NCBI RefSeq assembly: GCF_964355755.1
Contig: NC_092680.1
Location: forward strand, 15,447,045 to 15,511,044
From: Antedon mediterranea
Lineage: Eukaryota > Animalia > Echinodermata
Direction: 5' to 3'
Length of the DNA stretch: 64,000 nt
Every line of letters begins with the position of its first letter. Position 1 is the stretch's first letter. The position numbers and the translations under genes are program-made. Below, piece by piece: positions 41,488 through 52,500 of the stretch. The notes under the pieces are model-generated. The model had not been told where the DNA came from and did no database searches. It was given only the letters and a program-made list of their open reading frames with translations.

Positions 41488-43713
41488 GAGCCATATATAT
41501 ATAAAGAGTTACGACATTAAATACGCGAATCGAAACAAGGAAATAACATTTTAATATTGTCACTCAAATATATTATTACTTTAGCTTGTGTTTCTCGCAT
41601 TCATCAACATAACTAAAGATGTCTGCTAAATACTTTATTGGCCTGCTAATATTTGTTGTTGTTAGTCCGAGTAACGCTTGGGTGTATCAATGTAAAGCTT
41701 ACCCAACAACAAAGTAAGTGTTATTTTTATCGTTACTTAATCTAATCACGAATTGGTCGAATTTGATGATTCGGCACATTTAAGAAGTTTACCAAGGAGG
41801 TATAGTTATATTTGTATCATTATAATATGGTTAAATGAACTGAACTTAAATAGGAAGAACAAATTAAATTCGATTTTTAAGCAAGCGGTTAAGATTATAC
41901 AGTAGGCACCGATGTTAAATTGTTAGAACACTTATGTAATGAAATGATGGCTAAAAAACTTAATTGTATTATGTCTGATGTTACTCACCCTGTCTTTGAT
42001 ACCCTTGTTACCTGATTCAATCAGTTATCAGGTTGTATAATAGAGATTTCAAACGCTAGTCCGCTAATTATTACTCATGTTTCTGTTACATTTCTCTGTT
42101 TATTATTTATTTTAATCTGGTAATTTATGTTATATTCATACTAACTCGAGTGTACCTAAGAAACCATATCTCATAACTGTATATTTTTGCCGTATCGTAT
42201 CGTATCGTATTTAGAAAATAGGTCAGCCATCTTGAGATTCTTTATCATAACAACTAATCTCGTTGAGACCGAACCAAATCGGTATCCATTTCAGAAATAT
42301 TTTATAATTCCTAATATTTTGTATTTGAAGTTGTAATTTGTAGGCCTAAATAACTTCTTATTGTAAGATGATGTAATCCATCTTCTTCTTTTGTGCATTG
42401 CCCAATGAGGGATGAATACAGATATAATTATACTGATACTGATAATATAATTAATATATACAATTGATGGTTTTCAGGAAGTGTGATCATTTCATGTTTT
42501 CTCAACTATGGCCTCCGACATTTTGTAAAATTGAAAAAGTAAGTACCGGGAGTAAAGTAGCCTAACTAACGTTTTTGTTACTACTAATATGAAGAAAAAC
42601 AAAAGTGAATGTTCTTTCTATTTAACAGTGTAGCATTCCGACTGGTGTGAACACGTGGACTATTTATGGACTCTGGTAATGTAAATTATTCATCTATACA
42701 TACTAATTTATTAATTTGTTTGGGTAGTATACATTAACAGGGGGAATTACCACCTATCTGATAGGACAGTGATTAATTCACTATTGGTAATCCTTTGCCA
42801 CATTGCCTAAAGACATAAAATAAAAATAAATAAAAACAGATAATTATAAAGAAAGTGATGGATTCTTCATTTCTTACCTTAATTCAGTACCGTACCTTAC
42901 ATTATATTTTTCCGGCAGGCCCGATGCTGCTAACTATTACCTTTCGTTCTGTTATCCAAAACAAGTGTTCGATCCCAATTCAATCACGGTAAGAAACTAT
43001 ATTATAATTATTTAGACTATTTGCATATGATGCACAATCGTCCAATCACATAACCTGAATCTATGTACGTAGTGTAACGGATATGGATAAATGTAATAAT
43101 TTTAACGTTTAACCCGAAGGACAATTTTTTGCGTTAGTAGGATTGGTCACTTGGTGTTGCAGTAATGATTGTTTATTAATTGTCTGATTGTTTAAAAACA
43201 AATTAATCAATCCTACTATTATACCCATCATAGAGTTTAGCGCCGGAACTGGTTAATAATGCCTACATCATGCCATGATCTTTTAACAAATCACAGAACC
43301 TCACAAACATCACTCACTATCTAAAAGCATCACAACAAAATCAGTCATACTATAAACTCATTTATTTATATTATATTATAACTTTCAAAATGCGATCAGA
43401 GGATCCATCACATTGTGATCGAACAATTGCGGCGCAGTTTACGTCATCTAAGTGAAACCAAACTTTACCCCGAAGAAAGTATTGCAGTGTCCTTACGTCT
43501 GGAGAACCAGAGTTTACGGTTGTTACGTAACAATGCTCATTTTTGCTGTCAAGTAAGCATAGCTTAGGATGGCAAATAATATATCAAAGTATTTAATTAA
43601 CAATAGGCAGCACATCCGCAAATAATATACCTTTAAAAAACATAAAAACAATAACTTCCTGGTCATTCATTAACTGTAGTCTTGTGGACAAATTGCGTCA
43701 CTCATGTTTTGTA

Positions 43714-43765
43714 ATTCACCTGAAGAGTGTGACCAGTGGCCATACGAAACAAGCGTGTAGTGAAT
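43714..43765 (+). ncRNA. Minimal type I hammerhead ribozyme (Penelope-like element type)
   Basis: ATTCAC-CTGAAGA-GTGTGACC(AGT)GGCCATAC-GAAA-CAAGCGTG-TA-GTGAAT: 6-bp stem I, intact core and a GUA cleavage triplet. Confidence 0.75.
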
Positions 43766-43942
43766 AAATATGAAGTCACCTTAGTTCATCTCGTATCGTT
43801 TTTTTTTTTATTTAGCTCTACCTCAGTGTATCAAGCACTCTATCCAGGTGATCTGAATTATTTATATATACCATGTCCCGCATACCTGGCTCAGCCTATA
43901 TATTGTGCCAGTTCTGCGGTACATTTTATTTCGAAACCTGAG

Positions 43943-43985
43943 CTGCACTGACGAGATCTAATAAGATCGAAACAGTACTCTGCAG
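43943..43985 (+). ncRNA. Damaged hammerhead ribozyme, second family (copy at 51491-51533)
   Basis: CTGCA-CTGACGA-GATCT(AATA)AGATC-GAAA-CAGTAC-TC-TGCAG. Stem III is 2 nt shorter than in the 45314 copy. Confidence 0.55.
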
Positions 43986-44017
43986 ATTGGATATAGATAT
44001 ATATATATATACATATA

Positions 44018-44190
44018 TGGTCTAATGGTTAGGACATCTGCATATCAAGCAGGCGGTCCGAGTTCGAGTCTCGGTTGGGGAGACATTCTCACAGATTTCC
44101 TCATCTTTATCGTTTAAAATTAATTAATTAAATGTCATTATATCACCGGGCGGTTTAGAATTACTGTTCTTTGCCTGATTTGTTTTTATA
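44018..44190 (+). mobile_element. tRNA-derived SINE (copy at ~51566-51740; degenerate copy at ~53085-53230)
   Basis: A box TGGTCTAATGG and B box AGTTCGAGTC, followed by a non-tRNA tail. Confidence 0.65.
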
Positions 44191-45313
44191 TATATAATAC
44201 TGTATATATGAAATGTTGTAATTTAGTCGTGTAACTTTTAAATTAACTTTGAAGCTAAAACAGATTTTTATGTTTTCAATTGGGTGTGCTAGGACATCAC
44301 GGATAAGTTGCAACTCGTATGGCCATCGTTAAAATACAACGAAGAAAATATGTATTTCTGGTAAAGACATACTTTTAATTGTGCTTAATATTTGTTTTAT
44401 TTATGGATAATTCATAATATTCATGTTTTAATATTACAATGTGTATAGAGTTGTTATGTGTGTTTTTCATTTACGTGGTCTGTTTTAATTGTAAATGAAC
44501 AAGTAAATTAAAATGAAAAAATAAACAAAATAAAAATAAACAAATAGGGCCTATACTGTGAATTAGTCAAAACAAATTGTGTGTCGTCCGAACCTGTGAG
44601 CAATTCCACCCAGATATACTTATTCTATTTGTTGGTATACGCCATGGTATCATTGACATTCTATAATTTATTCTTGAATGTGACGACCAGTTAGAGAAGA
44701 AATAAATAAATATTTATTGTCTTATATTTCAACGATATACAAAATAAAACAAATGAAACTTGTTAGTCTCTAATATTGTCAAGGGTCACTTCTGGTCATC
44801 ATCCTCGTCACAATAATCATCATCTAGCCCTTTTCTTCGTGGGAATTCCTTCTAGGAAACACAGTTGTTGGCACTTAAGCATTATACTTGTAGAGGGAAC
44901 GGTGAATAATTCAATTACGGAGCGACCCAACGACCACATTCGGTAAAGAACCAAAATACAGAAACTTCTTAACTTAAACCAAAACTTTAAAATAAAAAAG
45001 TGAATACATTGGTCAACTCAATTTCGACAAGATACAAACTCACAATAAAATATCAACAACATTATTTATTTCTGCCAACAAAAACACGATGCTCTGATAA
45101 TGAGTATAATATATAATAATGCATGTTGTTTAGTAGAGTACTCTTCATTTCGAAACGGTGCATTTTTGTTGTGAATACTATTAGCATTTTGCAAAGCACG
45201 CTCGTTGAGCTTGTGCACTCTTTGTGTTCATAATCAGTGTACCATGTCCTGCATACCTGGCTCAGCCTATATATTGTGCCAGTTCTGCGGTACATTTCAT
45301 TTCGAAACATGGG

Positions 45314-45358
45314 CTGCACTGACGAGATCTAATAAGATCGAAACAGTGCTGTCTGCAG
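45314..45358 (+). ncRNA. Minimal type I hammerhead ribozyme, intact
   Basis: CTGCA-CTGACGA-GATCT(AATA)AGATC-GAAA-CAGTGCTG-TC-TGCAG, with GUC cleavage after 45353. It lies in a repeat shared with 43870-43995. Confidence 0.8.
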
Positions 45359-45505
45359 ATTGGATAATAATGTATGTATAATGTTTTTGTATTCATCTGT
45401 GTAATTTAAGTATAGAATTAACCGAATGAAATAAGCAAAAGTTCTTTTATGAACATGAGCAGTTATTACGAAAAAAAATAGTTGAATCATCAAGTTTATA
45501 CTGTA

Positions 45506-46998
45506 CTACTTAATATGGATGATTACAACAACTACGCATTCGCGATAGTAACACACGCAGACATAGATAACGTCTCGTTTGTTTCGAGATAATTCATCAC
45601 TTTCGGCAGTAGGGGACTGATCTTCTGACAAACGGGTTGCCCAGTAAGTCTTCACACCAGAACAATTATCGGCAATTTTATCGACAACAACACGTCTCAG
45701 AAGCGATGATGGAATTTCTTCCTCTCTCTCAAACGTAACTGATGGAAATTCTCCATTATTTAGCTAAAACGATATTATAAAAATGTTAACAATTTCATGC
45801 CGAGTGGTCGCCATTCTGAATTGAAAGGAGTGAATTGGAATCCATCGTATCATATTTGAATTGGGTCATTGTTTCTCAAATAAAAAACATGTTTACATTT
45901 GGACTACAAAATTTGGAATGTTGACGTTTTATCTTAGGGGCTTCATTTGTGTACCAAATTTAAACCAAATACATGACGTGACGATGTACTGTAATTCATT
46001 TCGTTCAATTGAGGTGGAATGAGTAGTTGATGGCTTTAATAATTAAAAAAGGTGTGTTTTATACCTATTTAATACTAAATAAATGACTCCTCAAAACTAG
46101 GGCCTATACTTACCCAACCACGGTCGTTCCAATCCAAACTGTCATCCTCCCACACATAACACGCATTATCACTGTCACTGTACGCCGCAACAAGTTTCTA
46201 TAAAAAAAGAGCGTATTATTATTAAATGATTATACAAAGTAGAATGAGTTTATGATCCTTATCTCTATTAATTTACCTGCCGAAAGTCATAAATAAGCGT
46301 TCCTCCCTCAGTTACATTGTGAATCTTTTCAAAGAATACAGTTTCAACACGGTCAGATATTTTAGTAGTAATTTCAATCGAGTGCTTCAGTCCATTGTCT
46401 TCTGATGTTCTATAGATAATCTCCTAATAAATAAATAATTCATGTTCTATTATTTAATAACAATCAATTGTTTGACTGAATCGCTATACTGTACGTGGCT
46501 GACCGTACTGACCTGAATTATGATGCACTTACTAATTTTGTTTACTTCAAATTTTGTTAAACTTAATATTTAATTTTGCTTCAAATAAAATATTCGTACT
46601 TACTGTATCGTCTACCATATCTGCATACCTGTAGTAAAGAACAACTGAACCAACTACACTGATAACCAGGACGGTAGTAACCAAAATAAGTGCAATTTGA
46701 TTTCTGTTGAGTTTCGACATCTTTCTAGGAAGACTTTCCTGAAATTAAGTATACAGTTCTCTTGTATTTTATGATAGTACAACCTTCTGTAACTGCAGTC
46801 GGTATGATTATTTACAAATGCAATTAAATTGTATTCCAATTACGGTAAACAATAATATTGCAAGCGTTTCTAACGATTCATTCAAACTATCATACTTGTA
46901 TTTAAACCAGACAGTTTAAATTGAGAACGTACCTTAATGTTTATTTGAGTATCGTCTTCGTTTGTCTTCTTTTCTTTCGTAATCGTTTTTGGAAACAT
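45506..46998 (-). CDS. BRICHOS-domain type II membrane precursor, paralogue B (~229 aa); C-terminal peptide DVIYVCVCYYRECVVVVIIHIK after RNKR
   Basis: Exons 46998-46933, 46738-46604, 46423-46277, 46197-46114 and 45763-45506. Open frame, same architecture as paralogue A. Confidence 0.88.
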
Positions 46999-49564
46999 CT
47001 TGACAGTTGAATATAGACAACACTAACTGCTAACTATGACGATTTCACGAACTTTTATACCAACGGGAAGCACAATAAATCCGGTTTACCATAGAACTTT
47101 GCTTTTCAGAAATTAACAATGGATTCAACATTATTATATAACGAGGAACTATATTATCATTGTTCTGTAAAGAAATAAGTAATATCTTATTGAACATAAT
47201 ATATGAAGATGCTATATTTACAACAACAAACATTATTGATTGTTTATTGACGCTTTAATGCATCATCCATACAGTTTCTTAAACTCACTAAATTGTATTA
47301 GATTTAATTGTTCTATTTGTTTTGGCACAGCGCAGCATTTCAAATGTTATAATAGGTTATTATAGTAGTGTGAAGAAACATGATACGTACGGTACTAGTT
47401 AAATTGAACAACACTGAAGTTTGTCCAACCTAACGGCATTATTATGGAACAAATTAAACACAACTTATTTTTTTAACTAAATACAAATATTAACATAACA
47501 GAAAATAAGAAGAGCACTATTATTTAATAATGCTTTATTCTTAGTATTTATTTAGGCACATATTCAAGATGTACCAACATGTATCTAATAGCAACGGCTT
47601 TAATTGAAAACAAAGCATAACAGAGTATAATTATGAAGTGTATGCAAACTCACATGATTATTATGGCACAAAAATGAATATCAATAATAATTTAACAAAA
47701 CAAAATTATTATTATTATTAGATTATAATTTATAAATAATTACAAATTCTATACATTACAAAAACATTTACATATAAGCGTAGTAGAAAGCATTATTGCT
47801 GGAAGAAATAGATACACTTCACAAAACACTGTTACCAATACGATTGAACCCTTATTCGTAATAGACCGGGCGCCCATAGAATGTATTCATGGGAAAAGCC
47901 AGAAGGTTTGATGGGCTGATTATTGAGATATATGACCAAGATTCGGGTCCTATCCTGTAAATTTACTCCGGGGACACCAAATAAGAGGGGTAAAAAATGG
48001 ATTTAATTATTTGAAAAGTCACACGGATAAACGTTGTTGGACATATGTGTATACAATGTTAAAACAGAAATGGCAGCAACTTTATCCTATAAGTTGCCCG
48101 AGAGGCAGTACCCCAAGTGACCACTCAAACATTGTGTTTTTCATGTCAAGAGCCACGCACCTGATTTCTTTTGTATTGTAACTGTTACACATTGGGATGC
48201 ACAAAAATACCATTGACAACAATTTTATCCTGTAAGTTGCCCCAGACTGTAGCCCTAAAATGCCCGCCATAACAGATTTAACCATGCAAATATAAACACG
48301 GCAAATTCCTGTTACATTGTAACTATTACCCTTTGGGATATACGAGAATACCATTGGCAGCAACTTTATCCTGTAAGTTGCCTCAGACACTAAGTAGCCC
48401 AACAATTTCCGATTCCGACCCCTACAAGATTTAATAACTCGAAAACTAGATTAAATTGGCTATCAAAACAATATCTATGATCTATAGATCATATATTATA
48501 TCGAACGCTTTATTAGAAATATCAGTGAGATCAAGAGAAGATATTGAGCCTCTTCTTTGAGTGCTAGTAATGAAACAATTGTAAATATCTATAAAAATGA
48601 TTGTCATTATTTTTTGGCTGATAAGGGGCTTAATTTCAACTTTAAACTTTTTTTCAGCAATTTCAGGTAAAGAAACAAGTCTAGGCCTAGTGGACTACCA
48701 TTGGTGTCTAATCCAAAAATAAGAACAAACAATTATTAGTAACAAACAATAATTGTTCAGTTTGTTTTGGGTTTTTGTGTTACAAGTTTTTATCAGTCAC
48801 ATTTTTAAATAAAATTATGAAATATAATACGGAATGGTAAAATATTTTATCCGCTGACCAAATATAGATAACATATTAAAACTTTACTTGTGGTGTTTCT
48901 ATTCAACTTCTACTTTTTATTTCCGCGACATATCAACATTATCCACTATACTCACTGACCTTGATATGGTAAAAACAATTTGAACTACTTACTACTGTGG
49001 CGAAAGGAATGGTTTAATATACAGAATTTTATTTTGGAAAATGTTAAGAAGTTCATCTTGTTTCCTTGTGATTTCTGCTACACATTGATTTAACCAAATT
49101 TACTCTTCGTCGTCAATTTGAAAGGCCATTTTTTGGCCCATGCAAACACATTCATGGTAACTTTCAAATATAGGCTACGTTATTTTCCTCTACGGTGTTT
49201 TTTTTTAAATAGAATTATTCCCTCCTATCATTGTTCTACTTTATGTTAACGCTATATTGTGTAACGGTAAACAATGTGAACATATTATGAACAATCTCAT
49301 AAAATAAAAAGAAAACGACTACAAACAAAAGAAATAAGCGCCTTTGAGCATTTTGGTGAACATGTGATGCGCTTAACAAATATTATTATAAGCCTGGAGG
49401 TATGGAAGTATTGGCGCAGAATAACATAATATAGATCTGAAAAAATCCGCCTATGAGTGAAACTGAAATACGCCATTCGAAACAAGGAAATAACATTTTA
49501 ATATTGTCACTCATTAATATACTACTGTAGCTTGTGTTTCTCGCATTCATCAACGTAACTAAAG

Positions 49565-52500
49565 ATGCCTGCTACATACTTTATTGGCCTGCTAATATTT
49601 GTTGTTGTTATTCCGAGTAACGCTTGGGTGTATCAATGTAAAGCTTACCCAACAACAAAGTAAGTGTTATTTTTATCGTTACTTAATCATCATCATCATC
49701 TTGGTCGAATGTGATGATTCGGCACATTTAGGAAGTTTACCAAGGAGGTATAGTCATATTTATAATATAGTTCAGCTATCTTGAGATTCTTTATCATAAC
49801 AAATAATTAATCTCGATGACCGATCCCAATCGATATCAATTCAGGAATATTTAATAATTCCTAAGAGTTTTATATTTAATATTATTTGAAATTTTAATTT
49901 GTAGGCCTACTTCTTATTGTAAGATGATGTAATCCATCTCCTTCTTTTGCCCCATGAGGGATGAATAACGATATAATTATACTGATACTGATAATATAAT
50001 TAATATATACAATTGATGGTTTTCAGGAAGTGTGATCATTTCACGTTTTCTCAACTATGGCCTCCGACATTTTGTAAAATTGAAAAAGTAAGTACCGGGA
50101 GTAAAGTAGCCTAACTAACGTTTTTGTTACTACTAATATGAAGAAAAACAAAAGTGAATGTTCTTTCTATTTAACAGTGTAGCATTCCGACTGGTGTGAA
50201 CACGTGGACTATCCATGGACTCTGGTAATGTAAATTATTCATCTATACATACTAATTTGTTAATTTGTTTGGGTAGTATACATTAACAGGGGGATTACCA
50301 CCTATCTGATAGGACAGTGATTAATTCACTATTGGTAATCCTTTGCCACATTGCCTAAAGACATAAAATAAAAATAAATAAAAACAGATAATTATAAAGA
50401 AAATGATGGATTCTTCATTTCTTACCTTAATTTAGTACCGTACGTACTTTACATTATATTTCTTCCGGCAGGCCCGATGCTCCTAACTATTACCTTTCGT
50501 TCTGTTATCCAAAACAAGTGTTCGATCCCAATTCAATCACGGTAAGAAACTATATTATAATTATTTAGACTATTTGCATATGATGCACAATCGTCCAATC
50601 ACATAACCTGAATCTATGAACGTAGTGTAACGGATATGGATAAATGTAATAATTTTAACGTTTAACCCGAAGGACAATTTTTTGCGTTAGTAGGATTGGT
50701 CACTTGGTGTTGCAGTAATGATTGTTTATTAATTGTCTTTAAAAACAAATTAATCAATCCTACTATTATATCCATCATAGAGTTTAGCGCCGAAACTGGT
50801 TAATAATGCCTACATCATGCCATAGTCTTTTAACAAATCACAGAACCTCACAAACATCACTCACTATCTAAAAGCATCACACCAAAATCAGTCCTACTAT
50901 AAACTCATTTATTTATATTATATTATAACTTTCAAAATGCGATCGGATGATCCATCACATTCTGATTGAACAATTGCGGCGCAGTTTACGTCATCTAAGT
51001 GAAACCAAACTTTACCCCGAAGAAAGTATTGCAGTGTCCTTACGTCTGGAGAACCAGAGTTTACGGTTGTTACGTAACAATGCTCATTTTTGCTGTCAAG
51101 TAAGCATAGCTTAAGATGGCAAATAATATATATAAGTATTTAATTAACAATAGGCAGCACATCCGTAAATAATATACCTTTAAAAAACATAAAAACAATA
51201 ACTTCCTGGTCATTCATTAACTGTAGTCTTGTGGACAATTTGCGTCACTCATGGTTTGTAATTCACCTGAAGAGTGTGACCACTGGCCATACGAAACAAG
51301 CGTGTAGTGAATAAATATGAAGTCACCTTAGTTCATCTCGTATCGTTTTTTTTTATTATTTAGCTCTACCTCAGTGTATCAAGCACTCTATCCAGGTGAT
51401 CTGAATTATTTATATATACCATGTCCCGCATACCTGGCTCAGCCTATATATTGTGCCAGTTCTGCGGTACATTTTATTTCGAAACCTGAGCTGCACTGAC
51501 GAGATCTAATAAGATCGAAACAGTACTCTGAAGATTGGATATAGATATATATATATATACATATATGGTCTAATGGTTAGGACATCTGCATATCAAGCAG
51601 GCGGTCCGAGTTCGAGTCTCGGTTGGGGCGACATTCTCACAGATTTCCTCATCTTTATCGTTTAAAATTAATTAATTAAATGTCATTATATCACCGGGCG
51701 GTTTAGAATTACTGTTCTTTGCCTGATTGGTTTTTATATATATAATACTGTATATATGAAATGTTGTAATTTAGTCGTGTAACTTTTAAATTAACTTTGA
51801 AGCTAAAACAGATTTTTATGTTTTCAATTGGGTGTGCTAGGACATCACGGATAAGTTGCAACTCGTATGGCCATCGTTAAAATACAACGAAGAAAATATG
51901 TATTTCTGGTAAAGACATACTTTTAATTGTGCTTAATATTTGTTTTATTTATGGATAATTCATAATATTCATGTTTTAATATTACAATGTGTATAGAGTT
52001 GTTATGTGTGTTTTTCATTTACGTGGTCTGTTTTAATTGTAAATGAACAAGTAAATTAAAATGAAAAAATAAACAAAATAAAAATAAACAAATAAGGCCT
52101 ATACTATGAATAAAATAAAACAACTAGAGCATTCTCAAACTGAGTGACGTTGTTGATGAAATGTTACTGATTTTTAAAGGATTTACTGTTTATTTTTATA
52201 ATTTTTTTTCCTTTAGGCAAAACGAATGGTGCAAACACGGAAGTTGTGCGCTTAACTGCACGACTGAAACAGATTCAGAGAGAAATTATTTCAACAAGAC
52301 GGTTGATTTAAATAAAAAGTTTAGTATTGATAAGTAAGTTCTATTACAGGAAATTCTTATACTATAAACTTTGGTATTGAATCATTACAGAGCCAAACAT
52401 ATCTTATATATTATGATCATTTTAGACAAATGGCAAATCTTAATTACTTCTGACAAAATATCGTCATCGTAGACTAGATTACATGTAGAGTGCATGTTTT

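Larger units (their letters stand above)
41619..44360 (+). pseudogene. RNase T2 partial duplicate (exons 1-5 only; CAS I His changed to Tyr)
   Basis: Exons 41619-41713, 42478-42538, 42629-42675 (WTIYGLW), 42919-42988 and 44293-44360. Similarity to the intact copy stops near 44545, and no CAS II exon follows. Confidence 0.82.

Noticed and set aside
44018-44085. Possible tRNA gene
   Set aside because: It has A and B boxes, but the acceptor stem and 5' end are missing and it continues into a repeated tail, so it is a SINE.
48082-48405. 107-aa ORF with repeated ATYRIKLL motif (also 37416-37625)
   Set aside because: It is the translation of a degenerate ~130-140-bp tandem repeat, and the frame is not conserved between paralogous copies.
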